Source: Gnetum montanum (Eukaryota > Plantae > Gnetophyta). From it: 64,000 nt of DNA. The stretch covers positions 213,356 through 277,355 of the forward strand of contig MNCI01001925.1 of assembly GCA_015680685.1 (NCBI GenBank). The letters are read 5' to 3'. Every line of letters begins with the position of its first letter. The first letter of the stretch is position 1. The notes under the pieces were generated by a model. The model was not told the DNA's origin and searched no databases. It saw only the letters and a list, made by a program, of their open reading frames with translations. Both the position numbers and the translations under genes were made by a program. Shown here piece by piece: positions 26,377 through 40,600 of the stretch.

Positions 26377-28417
26377 TGTGACATCCAAAAGTGTTAGTGG
26401 CTAGAACACTAAGAGGTTAGCGGGCATATAGCCTAACCTCGAATCTATGCAAGGGCCATGCTAGAAAGTAGAAACAAGGTGCCCTAAATAGTCTTGTCAA
26501 TCAAACAAGGACTTATGTGGTGCTAATATGATCATGTATGAGAGGGGTTTATGCAGTGTTACATGTGGGCATCAAGGCTAGCTAAGATAGAGTGTAGTGG
26601 CATGTCTTGGCCTGAGAATAGTGATGTAAATGTGCAAATATGTATAAAAAAATGAGAAAATCCAAGCACTATGCTAAATACCCAAGAAAAATGCTTGAGA
26701 AATGTAACAAAATTTGAGAACAAAAGTGCACCACACCAAAAGGGGGAGCGTAGCTATTGCAGGAAAAGAGGTGATAGTGGTACGTGGTGTACAGGTAGGT
26801 ACAATGGCAGTGTATTAGTGTAGTCATAGTCTCTAGGGAATCTAGGATGTGGAACTGATGGGTGCCATGGAGACTGAACCTACTAGGTTGGCTATTGTTG
26901 TGTTCTATAGGGACAAAGGTGAACTACATTTTAGGAGGTGCCAAGGTGCAAAGTATTAGGTGTGCTCAGGTGCTCAAGTGTGAGAATGCGAGGGATTCTT
27001 AGAAATTCAAAATTCCCAATTCTCCTTTGATTTTCCAACCCCTAAAATGTTGAACATTAGGATATTTATAGGGCTAGGGTTAGCGTGAAATGAAAATCTA
27101 GTGCCATGTGGCATGAGAAGATTGGATGCCATGTGGCATGAGGGTAGGTAGGGTTATGCTAACATGCTATGCTCCCATAGGAGTAGTAAAGTGTAATGCT
27201 CTACAGTATTGCAATGGATCCCTAGAGGCTACTAAACCATGACTACACTACCAAGACTACATGTGCTAGAGTTTGAATGACCATAATGTACCTACAAATA
27301 AGGCAAAAAATATTGCAATTTGGAGGCTACACTCCAGGACTATGTCTTCCCCTCTTTTGAGTAGGGTGAAGTGTAGGAACAATTTTGGGGACTAATGCGA
27401 GGTGCAAAAGAGATACAAATTACTAACCTTACTTGTTAGAGGAATGTTAAAGCTGAGAAAAAGGCTAATGCTAAGTTGTAGAGGCTTTTATAGGCAGTTG
27501 GAGGCTTTTCTTTAGTGTCAAGCTAGCTATGCTCTAAAGCGTAACATAACACTTAGTCAAATTTTGGCAAAAACTGATGTCCAACATTGGTTACATTGGG
27601 TACATTGGGGAGTGTAGTAGGGATGCTTAGCAAACTTTTGATAGCATTTATGGTCTTCTTTTATGGTACACTTGCTATGCTCTAGGACGTAGTAGGAGAG
27701 GTAGCCTTAGGAGTTAGAACACTTGCCAAAATGTTTCTTCCATGTTGAGCTATCTTGATAACCTTTTGCCTAACACTTAGGCAAAACTGGACATTGAAAA
27801 GTGTGTTGCACTGGCTATGTTGGGAAGCATAGCAGGGCATAGCAACCTAAAAGATAGAAAATTTGCCAAACTATTTTTTTCATCCCAAGAAACCTTGACA
27901 ACTTCTAGCTTGGCACTTGGCCGAAGTGGCCATTGGAACATGTGCTATGCTGGGGAGCATAGCAAGCATGGAAACCCAAGAGCTAGAAAATTTATCAAAC
28001 TATTTCATTCATCCCAAGAAACCTTGAAAACTTTTGGCTTGGCACTTGGGCACACTGGCCATGGAAAAGTGTGATATGTTGGCTATGCTAGGGAGCATAG
28101 CAAGCATGGCAACCCAAGAGCTAGAAAATTTGTCAAACTATTTCATTCATCCCAAGCAACCTTGACAAATTTTGGCTTGGCACTTGGGAAAACTAGCCAT
28201 GGAAAAGTGTGACATGCTGGCTATGCTGGGGAGCATAGTAGGTAGATTCAAAGCATAATAAGACACTTAGAAAAATTTTCATGCAAAATAGGGCTTGATG
28301 CATGCTACGCTGGCTATGCTATGGAGTGTAGCATCAACACTTAGAAAATTTCGCAAGTTTTGACACTTAGACAAATTTTATGTTGAAGTGTTGAGACTCA
28401 AAATTGATGGTATTTCA
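26377..28417 (-). repeat. 3' LTR of element B (2041 bp)
   Basis: TGTGACATCC...GGTATTTCA. Preceded on minus by PPT AAAGAGGAACCCT. Contains three ~130-bp tandem units (~27810-28220). Confidence 0.9.
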
Positions 28418-28765
28418 AGGGTTCCTCTTTGTTGACATTTAGAGGAGTGGCCTAAAAGAAATTGATAAAGAATACAAAACACCATAGAAAACATGACATC
28501 AACACTATTTGTTAGTGCTTGATTGGATAATGCTTCACCACGCTTGAGAGTGCTAAGGAAATAAAGTATGGCAGGGAATAGATTAAGGAGATGGATCAAG
28601 GGATAGTAAGTAGAGAAGATGCTCATTGCATATGTGGCTGTAGGATGCATCATCATTATGGCTTTTTTCCAAGTTGTGATCCCTCATTGGAGTGCTTGTG
28701 AGAAAGTCAATAGATGGTGATGGCTTACCCATGAAATTTTGACCTCTTGTCAGAGTGCTTGTAAA

Positions 28766-31700
28766 TGTTGGCGACCATTTGGGATGCGATCGCCAACGAG
28801 TGTCCTTGAACAGGATTTAGGTGCCTGCTGGTCTCTGGCTACACCAAGGCCCAGATACCTCCAAATAGACTCAGTAGTTAATGTGAGTATGTGTGTGTGC
28901 TGTTGCAGCGTGCAGTTGTATGAAATGTGACAATTTCATTGTGTGTGAACTACAAATGACTTACTTTAAAGAGATTCAGCCAACTTTGTCCAGTACTATG
29001 AGTTATTGAAAGTTTCCTATTTTGTTCAACTACCCAGTCTATGCGGTCCTTAAAATACCTGCTTGTAACAAGTAAAATTTTGCAAAAACATTTGAGCACA
29101 ACTCTGCAAATCTACTCCTAATTTTCCCCAGAGAAAGAGGTAGTTCCACAAGAAAACTAGAAGTAGAGCAAGATTCAATGGAAATAGACAGAAAAGAAAA
29201 GAAAGCAGAAAGCAGATTTGTGTGGACCCCAAATATTTAAACAAGGTAAAATGACACGAGTAAACACTTTGCAATAAAGCTATTCCAAATTCAATATCTA
29301 CGAATTTTTCAAACCTCCAAGGCTCAACCAAGCAATATCTTCAAGACAATCCTACTGTGCTACCAAAAATCGTTGTGTAAACTACCACGTATGAGACTCC
29401 ACTTTGACTAGACAATAGATGCCAAAGATTGCATTCAAACAGAACATTTAAAAGACTTGACAATTTCTAATTGAAATAACACGGAAAATCACTTTAAAGA
29501 TAAAGAAGCTATTCTGGTCCCATCAAAATACCAAAGATTTTCTGAACCCTCTCGGCTACTAAATTGTTCCATGGCGTGACTACAAATAGAGGCTCTCTTC
29601 CAACAATCCAATAACAGTTCCCAAACATTGCTCAATAACGAAATTTACTACTAAAATGCTCTCAAGGCTTTTAAACATAAGCGCTTCTATGGCAAAATTT
29701 TAATAGAAATTTCTATCGGGCAACAAGAACAGTAAGAGCAATCTAAAAATCCCAAAATTACTTGCCAAGGATGATACTATCTAAACCACTAGCTAAGCAA
29801 TTTAAACAAAACAAAAAATGAAATACATAACTCACAGGACCATGACAAAGAGGCTGAAATATTTATTCTAGCAAGCCATCTTGCAAACAATCTTCTTTAC
29901 AAATCTTCTTTGCTCCCAAGTGTGAGAAGTCCTTCTTATGCTTCCCCCCCATGATGCCTTTTTATAGGGTTCCAAGGTAGGTAGGGAAGTTACAATTTCA
30001 AAATCTCCCACAAATATCTCAAAAATATCTCTCCTAACTTTTCTCTCAAGTAACTTGACTAACGAATTAGAAAATTTCTTGCCCAACAAGTTAGGTAAGT
30101 TACAACAATTTTTGGGTGGTTGCAACCACCAAAGAGGAAAAAGAAATTGACAAGTGACCTTGGAAGTTACAATAGTATAGAGATTTTTTTTTAAAAAAAA
30201 CAATTCCTAAGATACATAGGAACACAAGCTATAGTGACAACTTACTTCATACATATATATATCTTTTAATTTTGCCTCTTTAAGATGAGATGTCAAGTCT
30301 TCTAAATGATGTACAAGGAAGTTGCAATTTTCAAATATTCAAAAATATCTTCAAAAATATCTCTCCTAACCTTTCTCTCAAGTAACCTGACTAACCAATT
30401 AGAAGATTACTTTCCCAACAAGCTAGGAGAAAGTTACAACAATTTTAGATAGTTATGAAGAGAAAATCTGCAACTGATAAGTGTTTACATCATACATGAT
30501 ACAAGAATTTGGTCTTTTTTCTTTCAATATAATTTAAATATATAGGTAAGTACCCAGCATTTATATTCAATAATTATCTTTGAGGCTACGTTTCATCATT
30601 CATAATTTTTTTTAGAAATATAATAAGTTATAAAATTAACTTCATAGGATAGCGAATACGTTAACTTTATGGGAGGGTGAATATATTGCAAACATAAATG
30701 TTTTGTAACGTGGTTAACCGCGTTGCTTTGCTTGCTCGTTCTGTGCGCGCTCCCTCCCGCGATTTGTGTGCCACCACTACCGAACTACTTCGTCTGTTAT
30801 TTTTCTGCCACCGCTCTACATCGGATTGGCCCAAGGTCACGATTACTACTGTTGGTTTGTTGCTGACGTCACCGAAACCCTGCTGCTACTTTGCTGCCGC
30901 CTTCTCCATGTCTTCCGGATCCGCCATGGCTGTGTGTCATCTATTGAACCTCCAAAAACACGATTGCAGTTGGAACAGCTTTTTCGCAGAGCTCGGTATA
31001 GTTACTAACTTACTCATATCAACGGTGCACTGACTTAAATTCGAGAACCTTCAGCAATGGTGTCTTGCCCCTATTCATGGACAGCGTCCAAGTCTGGCGC
31101 ATTCGTATTTTTGTTTTGCAGTTTTTCTCATAACTATCCGGAGTTGCAGGCAAAGGCATAGGCGTAGCAACCGACTGCGTTCTGACCTTGCTTTATTCAT
31201 TTTCTGTATTCTTTGGCCAGGAAATTAAGCTTACTATGAAAACAGAACAAAGAAACCCTCCATGGCAAGTGTTTGATGAAATTACAAATAGAATATGGAG
31301 TGATTTTTGGCATTTTCTTGGTCAATTTCAGCAGCAAGCATCACTACGTTTTTGTTGCCATTGATACTGCATTTTTCTTTTTGTGTTTAACCCTGTTTCT
31401 GCAAGTATTCAGCAACTGTTTCTGTGCTTTGTTCAGTGCCATTTTGGAGGCCCTCTCTGGTTTCTTGCCATTGCAGATTTTTTTTTATTTTCCTATATTT
31501 TTCGGTACAGCAATGGTCACAGAGAATGGGGATTCCAGTGGCAAAGTGCTGGGGAAACCTGTTTCTGTCTTTCTATATGAATGTTTATTTCTACAGAGTA
31601 CATGGCTTGAAACTATCCTATGGGATAATGGGTTGCTATACTACCTTGGGCTCTTACAATAATACAGAGCATCTCCTTCATTTTGCAACATTTCACTTTT

Positions 31701-32013
31701 TCCTTTCAGAGAAAAACATTTTGCTTCATAGAGGAATATATTCTTAAATTTTACAGGGGAAATAACTTCACCCTGCCCAGACTACTGAACTTGCAATATT
31801 CATCTATAAACCTCAGTGAATTAAAAAGTGGAACAACATATTGATGATTCTGTATTTATCAACTAGGGCTATGTAATCTTTTCTCATATTTTTAAATATG
31901 AGAATGTCTTTTGTGCACTTATTCTCTTTCTCTCAAGCTCAAAATTAAGCTACTTCTTCACAAATTCTCAACTAGTTTAAGTCTGCTTCATGAAATGGCC
32001 AAATGTGCCAACA
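28766..32013 (-). mobile_element. Large solo LTR (~3.25 kb) of another family, nested in the 3' UTR of element B
   Basis: TGTTGG...CCAACA termini. TSD GTAAA / GTAAG. The flanks rejoin to match the uninterrupted copy in A (~17785-17820). The right terminus matches the insertion starting at 63686. TATA cctataaaaagg on minus ~29957-29968. Confidence 0.8.
29986..30447 (+). repeat. Two ~130-bp direct repeats inside the large solo LTR
   Basis: gaagttacaatttc...aaaaatatctctcctaac...aagttacaacaatttt at ~29986-30113 and ~30318-30446. Confidence 0.8.
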
Positions 32014-32379
32014 GTAAGATGGTTGATCTAGATTAGATTAGTTGTGAAATTGAAACTTTGCTATTGTTTGCTTGGGCACTTAGTCCCATTCCTTTTTTCT
32101 TGTCTCTTTTTTTATTCTTTTTTTCAACTAAAAGATGTTTGTTGCTAGGCAGACTATGTGCCCCTCAACAAGATTTTTTTAGAGGTAATCACATCACATC
32201 TATAAGATAGGTGTTTCCTCCCTAGGATGAGTTTCATTACATTTTCTTTCCCATTGGACGAGTTGTGTTACGTCCATCATGGGTTCTATGGTTGACTAAA
32301 AGAAGGATGCCATGTGCATCAGAAAAGCTTGTATGGAATGTGAGGAAGTGTAAGGTAGAGGGGGAAATGTAAATATGCT

Positions 32380-33082
32380 ATAGTGGGATAATAGGGATGT
32401 GCATTCTTGAATAGCTTGGAAAGTCAAAGTGGACATATGAAATCAGTGTAGTGATTTGGCACCACAATGAAATTCATCTCTAAAAAACCATCACTAAGGC
32501 CTCATCCTACAAATGCAACATAGAGAAAAAAAGAAAAATAAGCACACCATGTGAGATGAAAGTGGACTCTTGTTTGTAAGGGTACTGCAAGGGTCACGAA
32601 TGTTGTGTCAGTTTTAGGTGCATGTAGTATCCAAAGGAAGAAGACTAGTGTGGATGCTAGTGGTGGTAGGCTTCAAAAGCTCTAGGAGCCACACCAGAAG
32701 TGAGCACTCAAGTTGCTTGAGGCATTGGCAACGTAGGTGCTCGGGAGTCCACACCAAAGATAGGAGCTAGGAAACCTAGTAGCATGGTGGGGAGCCATGT
32801 TATTGGATACTCTTCCAAGCTTGGGCGATGATGAGGGCTGGAGGATGGTAGTGCTATGGCTATGCCACAGTACCATTGGTTCTCTAGCAAGTGATGCTGA
32901 TAGTGAGAGCTTTCACAAAAATGACTAATGATGGTGGCAATAGCTCTGAAAGGTTAGTAAGATGCTTAAAGGAATATCTAGAGGATCAACAAGATGCGAA
33001 GGGTGATGCCATTGCAAATGTTCTATAGGATTTTTTCTTAACAATGTGAATTTCATTCTAGAACTACAATGCCCCACCCCAT
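32380..33082 (-). pseudogene. Decayed two-exon accessory ORF (MGW...), copy in B
   Basis: ATGGGGTGGG at 33082. Putative intron 32507-32585 (GCA|GTACCC...TTTGTAG|). Exon 2 contains PSYSRMH. Confidence 0.55.
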
Positions 33083-33182
33083 GATACCTGAGAGATGTAG
33101 GTAGGCGATGGAGGGTTGGATGTACTTACTCTCACTTGTTTGCAGAACTATGTGTGTTGAACTATGGATGTTGAATTGCAAA

Positions 33183-33605
33183 CCTAATTTTAGGTCTTGG
33201 TAGAGTGCATGTTATGCAAGTTTAAGGTCCTAACAGACTATAGATCTAGTTTAAGGTCCAGGTAGACCATGATATGCTAGTTAAGGTCCTAGTAGAATGT
33301 TGTGCTAGTTTAATGTCATAGCAGATGGTGGATTACTAGTTTAAGGTCATAGCGGACCATGCTATGGGTGCTAGTATAACGACATAGCCCAAGGATAATT
33401 TGTGCTAGTTTACTATTGTAGCAAATATTCTATGCTACTTTAACATTGTAGTGGACATTCTATGCTAGTTTAACATCATAGTAGACATTCTGTGCTAGTT
33501 GAATGTCATAGTGAATGTGTTGTGGTAGTTTAATGTTGTAGTGGACATTTTATGCTTACATTGTAGTGAATGTGTTGTGGTAGTTTAATGTTGTAGCAGA
33601 CATTT
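33183..33605 (-). repeat. Array of ~14 motif units 3' of element B pol
   Basis: Plus-strand tgctagtttaaggtc / tgctagtttaacatcatagtagac units with a ~30-37 nt period. Confidence 0.9.
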
Positions 33606-33641
33606 GCTTACCTTGCTTTCTTGTTAGTACAACACTACATT

Positions 33642-36600
33642 CTAGGCATAGTACAGCTTCATGTATGAGTGGTTAATTGGATTGGCAAACTCATTGCTAT
33701 CTAGATCAGCAAGCTTGAATGCTCCATTGTCATAGGCCTTTATGACCAAGAAATGCCCTTCCCAATTAGCCGAGAATTTGTCTACAAGTTCATGAATAAC
33801 CTTGAGAACCAGGCCCCCCTTCTTGATTGGGCATTAGTGCTAATTGTATCAATGTTTTTGTTGTTGCTTTTCCTAGAACCACTCGATGTGATCAAGTGTT
33901 TTCATGAGCTCCTCCTTCATAGAGTCAAGGTTAATGGTTCTCAACTCATTATTTTGAACCTCATCAATGAAGTTCAAGAGGATCATGTGGAGTGATGGAA
34001 CTGAAAATTCAACAGGAAACATTGCTTTAGATTCATACACAAGGCTATATGACATCTTACTAGTTGTTGTTCTGCATATCATGTGGTAGGCCCATAGTGC
34101 TTAGACCAGCTATTCATGCCATTGTCATTTGCTATTGCTAAGCATTCTCTTTAGAAGGTTGACAATGACTCTATTCATAGCCTTTGCTTGGCCATTTCCA
34201 TATGGATTGTATCGTGATGAAAAGGAATTTTTAAAGCCAAGGTGTTCACAGAAGGCTTTAGTTTCTACATATCTAAATTTTGGCCTGTTGTCTGTGACTA
34301 TAGTCATGAGTAGATCAAATCAGGTCACTATGTTATCTAGGATAAATTTGCAAACCTATTGTAACATTGTCTTGCTAAGGGGAATTTATTCAACCCACTT
34401 GGTAAAGTATTTGGTTACATTTATGATGAAGCTATGTCCTATAGAAGACTTAGGTGTGATAGGTCCTATGATATCCAACCCCCAACATTGGAATGACCAT
34501 GTCATCTGCATAGTATGTAGTTTGGTGGGTGGCACAAGAATTAAGTTGTTATGTCGTTGATACACATCACATGTCCTAACCTTGGAAATGCAATCACACT
34601 CCATGTAAGACCAATAGCAGCCTAAGCATATGATTTCTACTATCATTACCCTAGGTGCTATGTGACCTTTATCTAGTCCCTTGTGGACTTGATCAACAAT
34701 TGTTTGCACTTCACTACTGCTAACATAGGTTAATAGCATTCCATCATAGGATTTGTGACATAGGGTGCTATCACCTATAAGGACGTACTGCTATGATCAT
34801 TTTTACATTTCATATTTTTAGGTAGAGGTTAGATGTCGCAAAGGCTTACCCTGCTAGAGGTACATTTTAATATCGTCATACCACTCCTAGGTGTGAGCTG
34901 TGCTTGTCATGGCAATGGATGCAATGCTTGTTGTTTGAATAATAGGTTCAGTGCAATCCATTATTAAAGCAAGTAATGCAGAAAACATGTTGGACACTAT
35001 GGTTAAGGCTAAGGTGGCTAATGCATCAGCAATGGCATTCTCATTACAGGGAATGTGTTCGACATCCATGGTTGCAAACTACTTGAGTAGATGTTTCATA
35101 AAATCATAGTAATGTTGTAAATGTTGTGCTTTGCAAGCATAAACCTCTATAATTTGGTTGACAACAAGATATGAATCACTTTGGATTGCTATGCTTTGGA
35201 TTCCTAAATCATGGGATACTAAGACACCTTTAAGAAGACTTTCATACTTTGCTACATTGTTGGTGCAAGGAAATGCAAAGTGATATGCAATGGGTTGGAT
35301 GTCCCTAGAGGGGAATGTGATGATGGTGCAACACTACCTCCTTGTGATGTTGAAGTATCATTAAAGTGCAAAACTATCTCAATGTTTGTAGGCACTTGGG
35401 TTATGCTATTGACATGCTCACCAAGAAATTCTAGATCTATTATTGCTTGATCATATATGGGTGAAGCCATGCGTTGTGTGGCTATTACTTGACCCTTCAT
35501 GGATGCTTGTGCTATGTAGTGTAGGTCAAAATCCATGGTTATTGCCTTCCACCATGCAATTCATCTACTTTCGTATATGTTTGTAGTAATCACCTGAAGT
35601 ACTTTGCTTTTGTAGATAACGTTAACTTGATTGCAAAAAAGATAATGTCTCCATTTCTTGAGTGCAAAGGCTAAGGTAAGATAGTTCTTCTTCACATAGT
35701 TGTATTTTTCTGTATGGGCCACTAGTGCATGGCTTAAGTAGTAAATAGGGACCTCTAAGCAATCATCTAACTTTGGCAAAGTAGTGAAGTCATGGAGACA
35801 TTTAAGGTTGCATGGTAAATGTAAAATGGATTATCTACTTGCAAAGGGTAGACTATTGGAAGTTGAGCTAGCACTTTTTTGAGGTTGTCGAATGCCTCTT
35901 AGCATTGGGCCATCCATGCAAAGTAGACCCCCTTTTTGAGAAAATGTTGCATTAGTTGCAAATTATCAGTAAACCTTACAATAAATCTATGTATGAATTG
36001 CAATATGCCCTGTAACTCGTGTAGGTCCTTAAGCTTTTTCGATGGTGCTAAGCTAGTGATAGCCTTAACCTTACTGGAGTCTAGACATATACCTACCTCT
36101 TATACTATAAATCCCAACATGCGACTGGTCTTGATGATGAAGACACACTTCTTGGGTTTTAGCCTAAGGTCATGTCTAAGGCACCATTTGAGAACACGAT
36201 CTAAGTCATCTGCATGGTTATGAGCCACCTTGGACTTAACTGCTATGTCATCGATGTAGTCATTAAGCAAGTCTAGTAGATAATCACTACAGATATATGT
36301 CATTGCACATTGGTAAGTTGCTCTTGCGTTCTTTAGTCTGAAAGGCATCATTGTATAGAAAAACATGCCTCAAGGGGCAATGAAGGTTGTGGTAAGCTAG
36401 TGCTCTAGGATGATCCAAATTTGGTTGTACACCAAGAACCCATCTATGACGGACAAAAAGGCATAACCAATCATAGTATCTATGAGTTGTCCAATACTAG
36501 GCAATGGAAAATCATTTTTGATGGTTGCCTTATTTAGGTCCTGGAAGTTTATGCAAATGCATATAATTCCAATTTTTTGAGGTTACAACTACAATGTTTG

Positions 36601-37144
36601 AAACCTAGTCAGTGTAGTCAATTTCCTAAATGAAACTAGATTTGAAAAGTTTGGTGATTTCATCATGCACTATCAATGCCACCTCAGGTTTGACATTGCA
36701 AGCTTTCTATTTAACTAGTTTTATGTGAGGATTAAGGATAATGTTGGGTTGTATTATGCGAGAGTCTAGACCCAGGACATCCTTATAAGACCACGCAAAC
36801 ACCCTAATGTTATCATTAAGGACTTTTGTGATGCTTTTTTTGAGCTGAGGCTCTAACAAGGAACTAAGTTTCAATGTCTTTGCCTTACCTTTACATGTTG
36901 CTACAGGGATGTCTATGAGAGAATCCTTAGTTACATCACCTACCTCTAGGTCTAGAGCTCTAACTAGATGGTTTGGCCAATCTAGAGATGTCTCTAGGGA
37001 TGCTACGTTTGTGTCATAAGCCATAGGCTCAAAGTCTACGAGTTCAGTGTTTATGCATCTCATGGAATCGCCATAAGGTCTAGTTAAAACCAAAGGTAAA
37101 TGGAGATGCTCATATGCACTCATGTTGCAATCCTATCAAGAATC
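33642..37144 (-). pseudogene. pol: Element B pol (RT-RH-aRH-INT), degenerate
   Basis: MPFRLKNARATYQ, DYIDDI, ALKKWRHYL, EHIPCNENAIADALA (aRH), WGLDIIGPI, YFTKWVE, NGQAKAMN. Confidence 0.95.
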
Positions 37145-37636
37145 CTAAAAAAGAACTAGAAAAATGTTAGGAAACACCTATCTTAATAAAGTAAAATGTA
37201 TAAAATAAGGATGAAAATGCTATAAAAATTTTCCTAAATGTGTAGTTATGGGATTAGGTAAGCAAGTGTGTAAATTAATTTTGGGGCCTTGATTGGCCAT
37301 AAGATTGCTAGTTTAAGTTCTTAGTAGACCATGGTTTATGTGGGATGCATTGGTTTGAGCAAGGCTTGGAAGGTTTTGAATGTGGAATTAGGTTGGGCAT
37401 TACTAGGAAATCAGAAGAAATGCAAAATAGTTTCGAAGTATGAGAATGCTGGAAAAGTTAGAAAACTTTTCTAACTTTGGGTGCTATGCTCATCCCATGT
37501 TATACGTAGGACATGGGATAGTACTTGGGAGGGTGATGTGTCCTCCACCATGAAAGAGTATAAATAGGAGTTTTATCATAGTTAACTTATTATTTTAAAA
37601 AATTTAAAATGAATAATTACCAAGCATAGCATAGCT

Positions 37637-40600
37637 ATGGTGAAGGGAATCAAGGCGTAGTGATGAAGAAGAGGAAGTTAGAGCATAGCAAAGAGGAAGA
37701 GGAAGAGGAAACCAAGAGCGTAATCATTGACCATGACATGCCATAGTGAACACCAACACCCTAGCCTTACCAATGTAGATGAGGGTGATTGCACATTAAG
37801 GTTTCTTCCTAGGGCACACATAGAGGATTAAAGGGAGATGCCATCGACAAGGTAAGGTGCTAGGCTCCACCCTTGTGATTTATTTCTTTTCCTTGTTCAC
37901 CTAAGGGTTCTGGGGATCTAAGGCTAGCCTACCCTAGGTAGGGATCACCACCATGGCTATGGTTTCCTCGATGACCATGGCTAGGAAGGGGAAGCAAATG
38001 CACGTGGGCTGGTTTTTTGAGTCTCATTATTCATGTGAGTTTTGCTACATACTACGTGCATCATGGGACAAGGGTTTTCTAGGTACTACACATGGCATGG
38101 GATGAGGGTTTTTTGGCATACCATGTAGGGGGTGGAATAGGGGTTTTTGCTATACTGCACATGGTGTGGTATAGAGCTATAATGGCTTATATGCATACAT
38201 TTTTTTGCTTGTTTTGGCCATGACGAAGATAGCTGGAAGACGTGAATGTAGAGTGTAACAGTTAGGGTTAATGGACGCCAAGTGCTAGAGTGTAATGGAG
38301 TAGGCAGGATGACTACAAGGGTTATGGTTGTCATGCTAGTGTACACTCCTAAGAGTGTGATAGAAAAGTTAGAAAAATTTTGATTTTTGAGTAATATGCT
38401 TTATATGTAGTGCAACCAATAGTTAGAAATTTTTTCAATTTGTTCAAGGGTTATGCTCTGCGTTAAGCATAACCAATAGTTGGACATGTTTGTAGTTTTT
38501 TCAAAGGTTACACTTTGCAGTGAGCATAACCAATAGTTAGAAATTTTTGTAATTTTTTCAAGGGTTATGTTTTGTAGTGAGAATAACCAATAGTTAAACT
38601 TTTGAGATTTTGAGGGTTACTCTTTATGGGGAGCATAACCGATAGTTAGATTTTTTTTTGATATTTTCAAAGTTATAATGTTTTCAAAAAAATGCTAAGT
38701 GTAAATGTAAAATGTAGATGTGAGTGCTATGCCCTCTTGGGGACTAGGCATGTTAGATGGATATGCCAACATCCTTTTCCCATGGAGCTTGTTGGGGAAA
38801 CTAGACTTTACTAATGTGCTAATTAAAATTTCTATGAATTTTTAAATATCCAATGCTAACATTCTCCTCTTGTTGCTAATTTGGCTACAAGGTATTGTTG
38901 AAACCTATATTTGTTGTGGTTGAGCTAGTGGATATCTTGTGTTGTATGAGTGAATGTATACTGAACATAGCTACACTAGATACACATGTGGGTTATTAGG
39001 TGGTATGGTTTAGGTTAGGAGCATAAGAGTTCCTAGAATTTTTGCTCTACCACTTCAGTGTGATGATATTGTCACACTTAGTAGCAAAAACATCCAGCAT
39101 CATAACAAAAATGCTTTTGCTTAGGGAAAATCAGGGCATTCTAAGGTTCATGTCTAATGAGTCTATTGCTAATGATGGAGTAGGAGGTTTAGTATTGGGC
39201 TTCATGGACCTTAGACATTTATCCAAGATCTAGCAAATGCCAGAATTCTAGTGCTACAAAAATAATAATACTTTGTTTATTGCTCAATGTGTACATACCC
39301 TTTTTTAGAACCCACTTGGGACAGTATATTGTGTCGAAGGATGAACCGTTTCACAATTTCTTACACTATCCATTTGATTATGAATTACAAAAGGATGCTA
39401 ACCACTTATGTCTATTACCATATTCACTATTGACACACATGAACTCCATGATCAAGAGGGGTCATTGAACTTGACTCTCACTACCCTGTAGGAATTTTCA
39501 TATTTTGAGAACGTTCATGTAGCAATGGTTGGAAAAATTGAGTCTAACCTAGCAGAATACCCTCTTTGGTTCCCTAAGGCCTATGAGAGGTATCAAGCCT
39601 ATGGCTTGTTGGATGTAGAATGGGTGATTGGTGTTCCTAGTGTTGAGGAAGTTTCAACCCCACCATAGCTATCTCACATACCATTGGTACCACATAAGTA
39701 GTATATCATTTTTTAATGTACTTGCAGCTTTGCTTTTCTCATGTTGTTAAGTTTTCTTTCACCTATTGTAGCTATGGCCACTTTAGTAGAGGTTATGGTG
39801 GTCTCAACAGGCCACACTGAGGCCACTCTCATCATGAAATATGATGATGTTGAAAGTTCATAGCATTGGTTATGCTATGAGGTCCCAGTGGAAATAACCA
39901 AGAAGCTTTAACGAGCTAGGATAATGGACCTCTTCTTTGCCCTTAGCCTAAGCATCCCAATGGTAGAGATGATTGCCATCATTGAATCCTTTAGTGAGAG
40001 TGCTAGTCACTTCATCATGTGAACCCATGGTGTGTGGGTGACTTTTGATGTTACAGATGAATTCTTTATGGACCTCTTTGACCTTCCCTTTGAGGGCTCA
40101 CCACTTGAAGAAAAAACAAAGACTTGGACCATAGAGGGGACATTGAGAAATGGCTAGACATGCCTAAGTCTTGCAAAGGAATACAAGTCATAGAAGTGTA
40201 GCTTCCCATGGTCCAGCACCTCTATCCAGTCTTTTGTGCATGTGCATTCTCAAAGCTACTCTCCCAAGGGAATATTATTAGGGTTGAACAAGGTTGGGTG
40301 ATGAGGGATGTAATAGAGAACGGGATGTGGTACAACTAGGAATCTTACATTGCTGGTGGCCTACGTGTTGAGATTATCTAATTGTGCCACAACCTCCAAG
40401 TGAGGTTACACATGAACTTCGCATAATAGAGTTTTTGGTGGTTTGTGAGAATGGGAGATGGGTGGTGCAAGATGGTAGGAAAGTATCCAAGCTATTGATC
40501 CATCACTTGTTTACTACCACATGGGCAAAAGATCCCTTAGAGACAATTAGTGAGTCATTTTTTGTAATGACTAGAGGCAACCTAGGATGATCTCACCACA

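Noticed and set aside
28766-32013. Captured host gene in the element B 3' UTR (ORFs 30698-31033 and 31273-31662; RFVWTP Myb-like peptide ~29215)
   Set aside because: The segment has TG...CA ends, a 5-bp TSD and a related terminus at 63686, so it is an LTR. The ORFs have no recognisable domain and the peptide hits a stop immediately.
34129-34560. 143-aa plus-strand ORF and similar ORFs opposite pol (35936, 53152, 53725)
   Set aside because: Shadow frames antisense to integrase/RT with no independent sign of coding.
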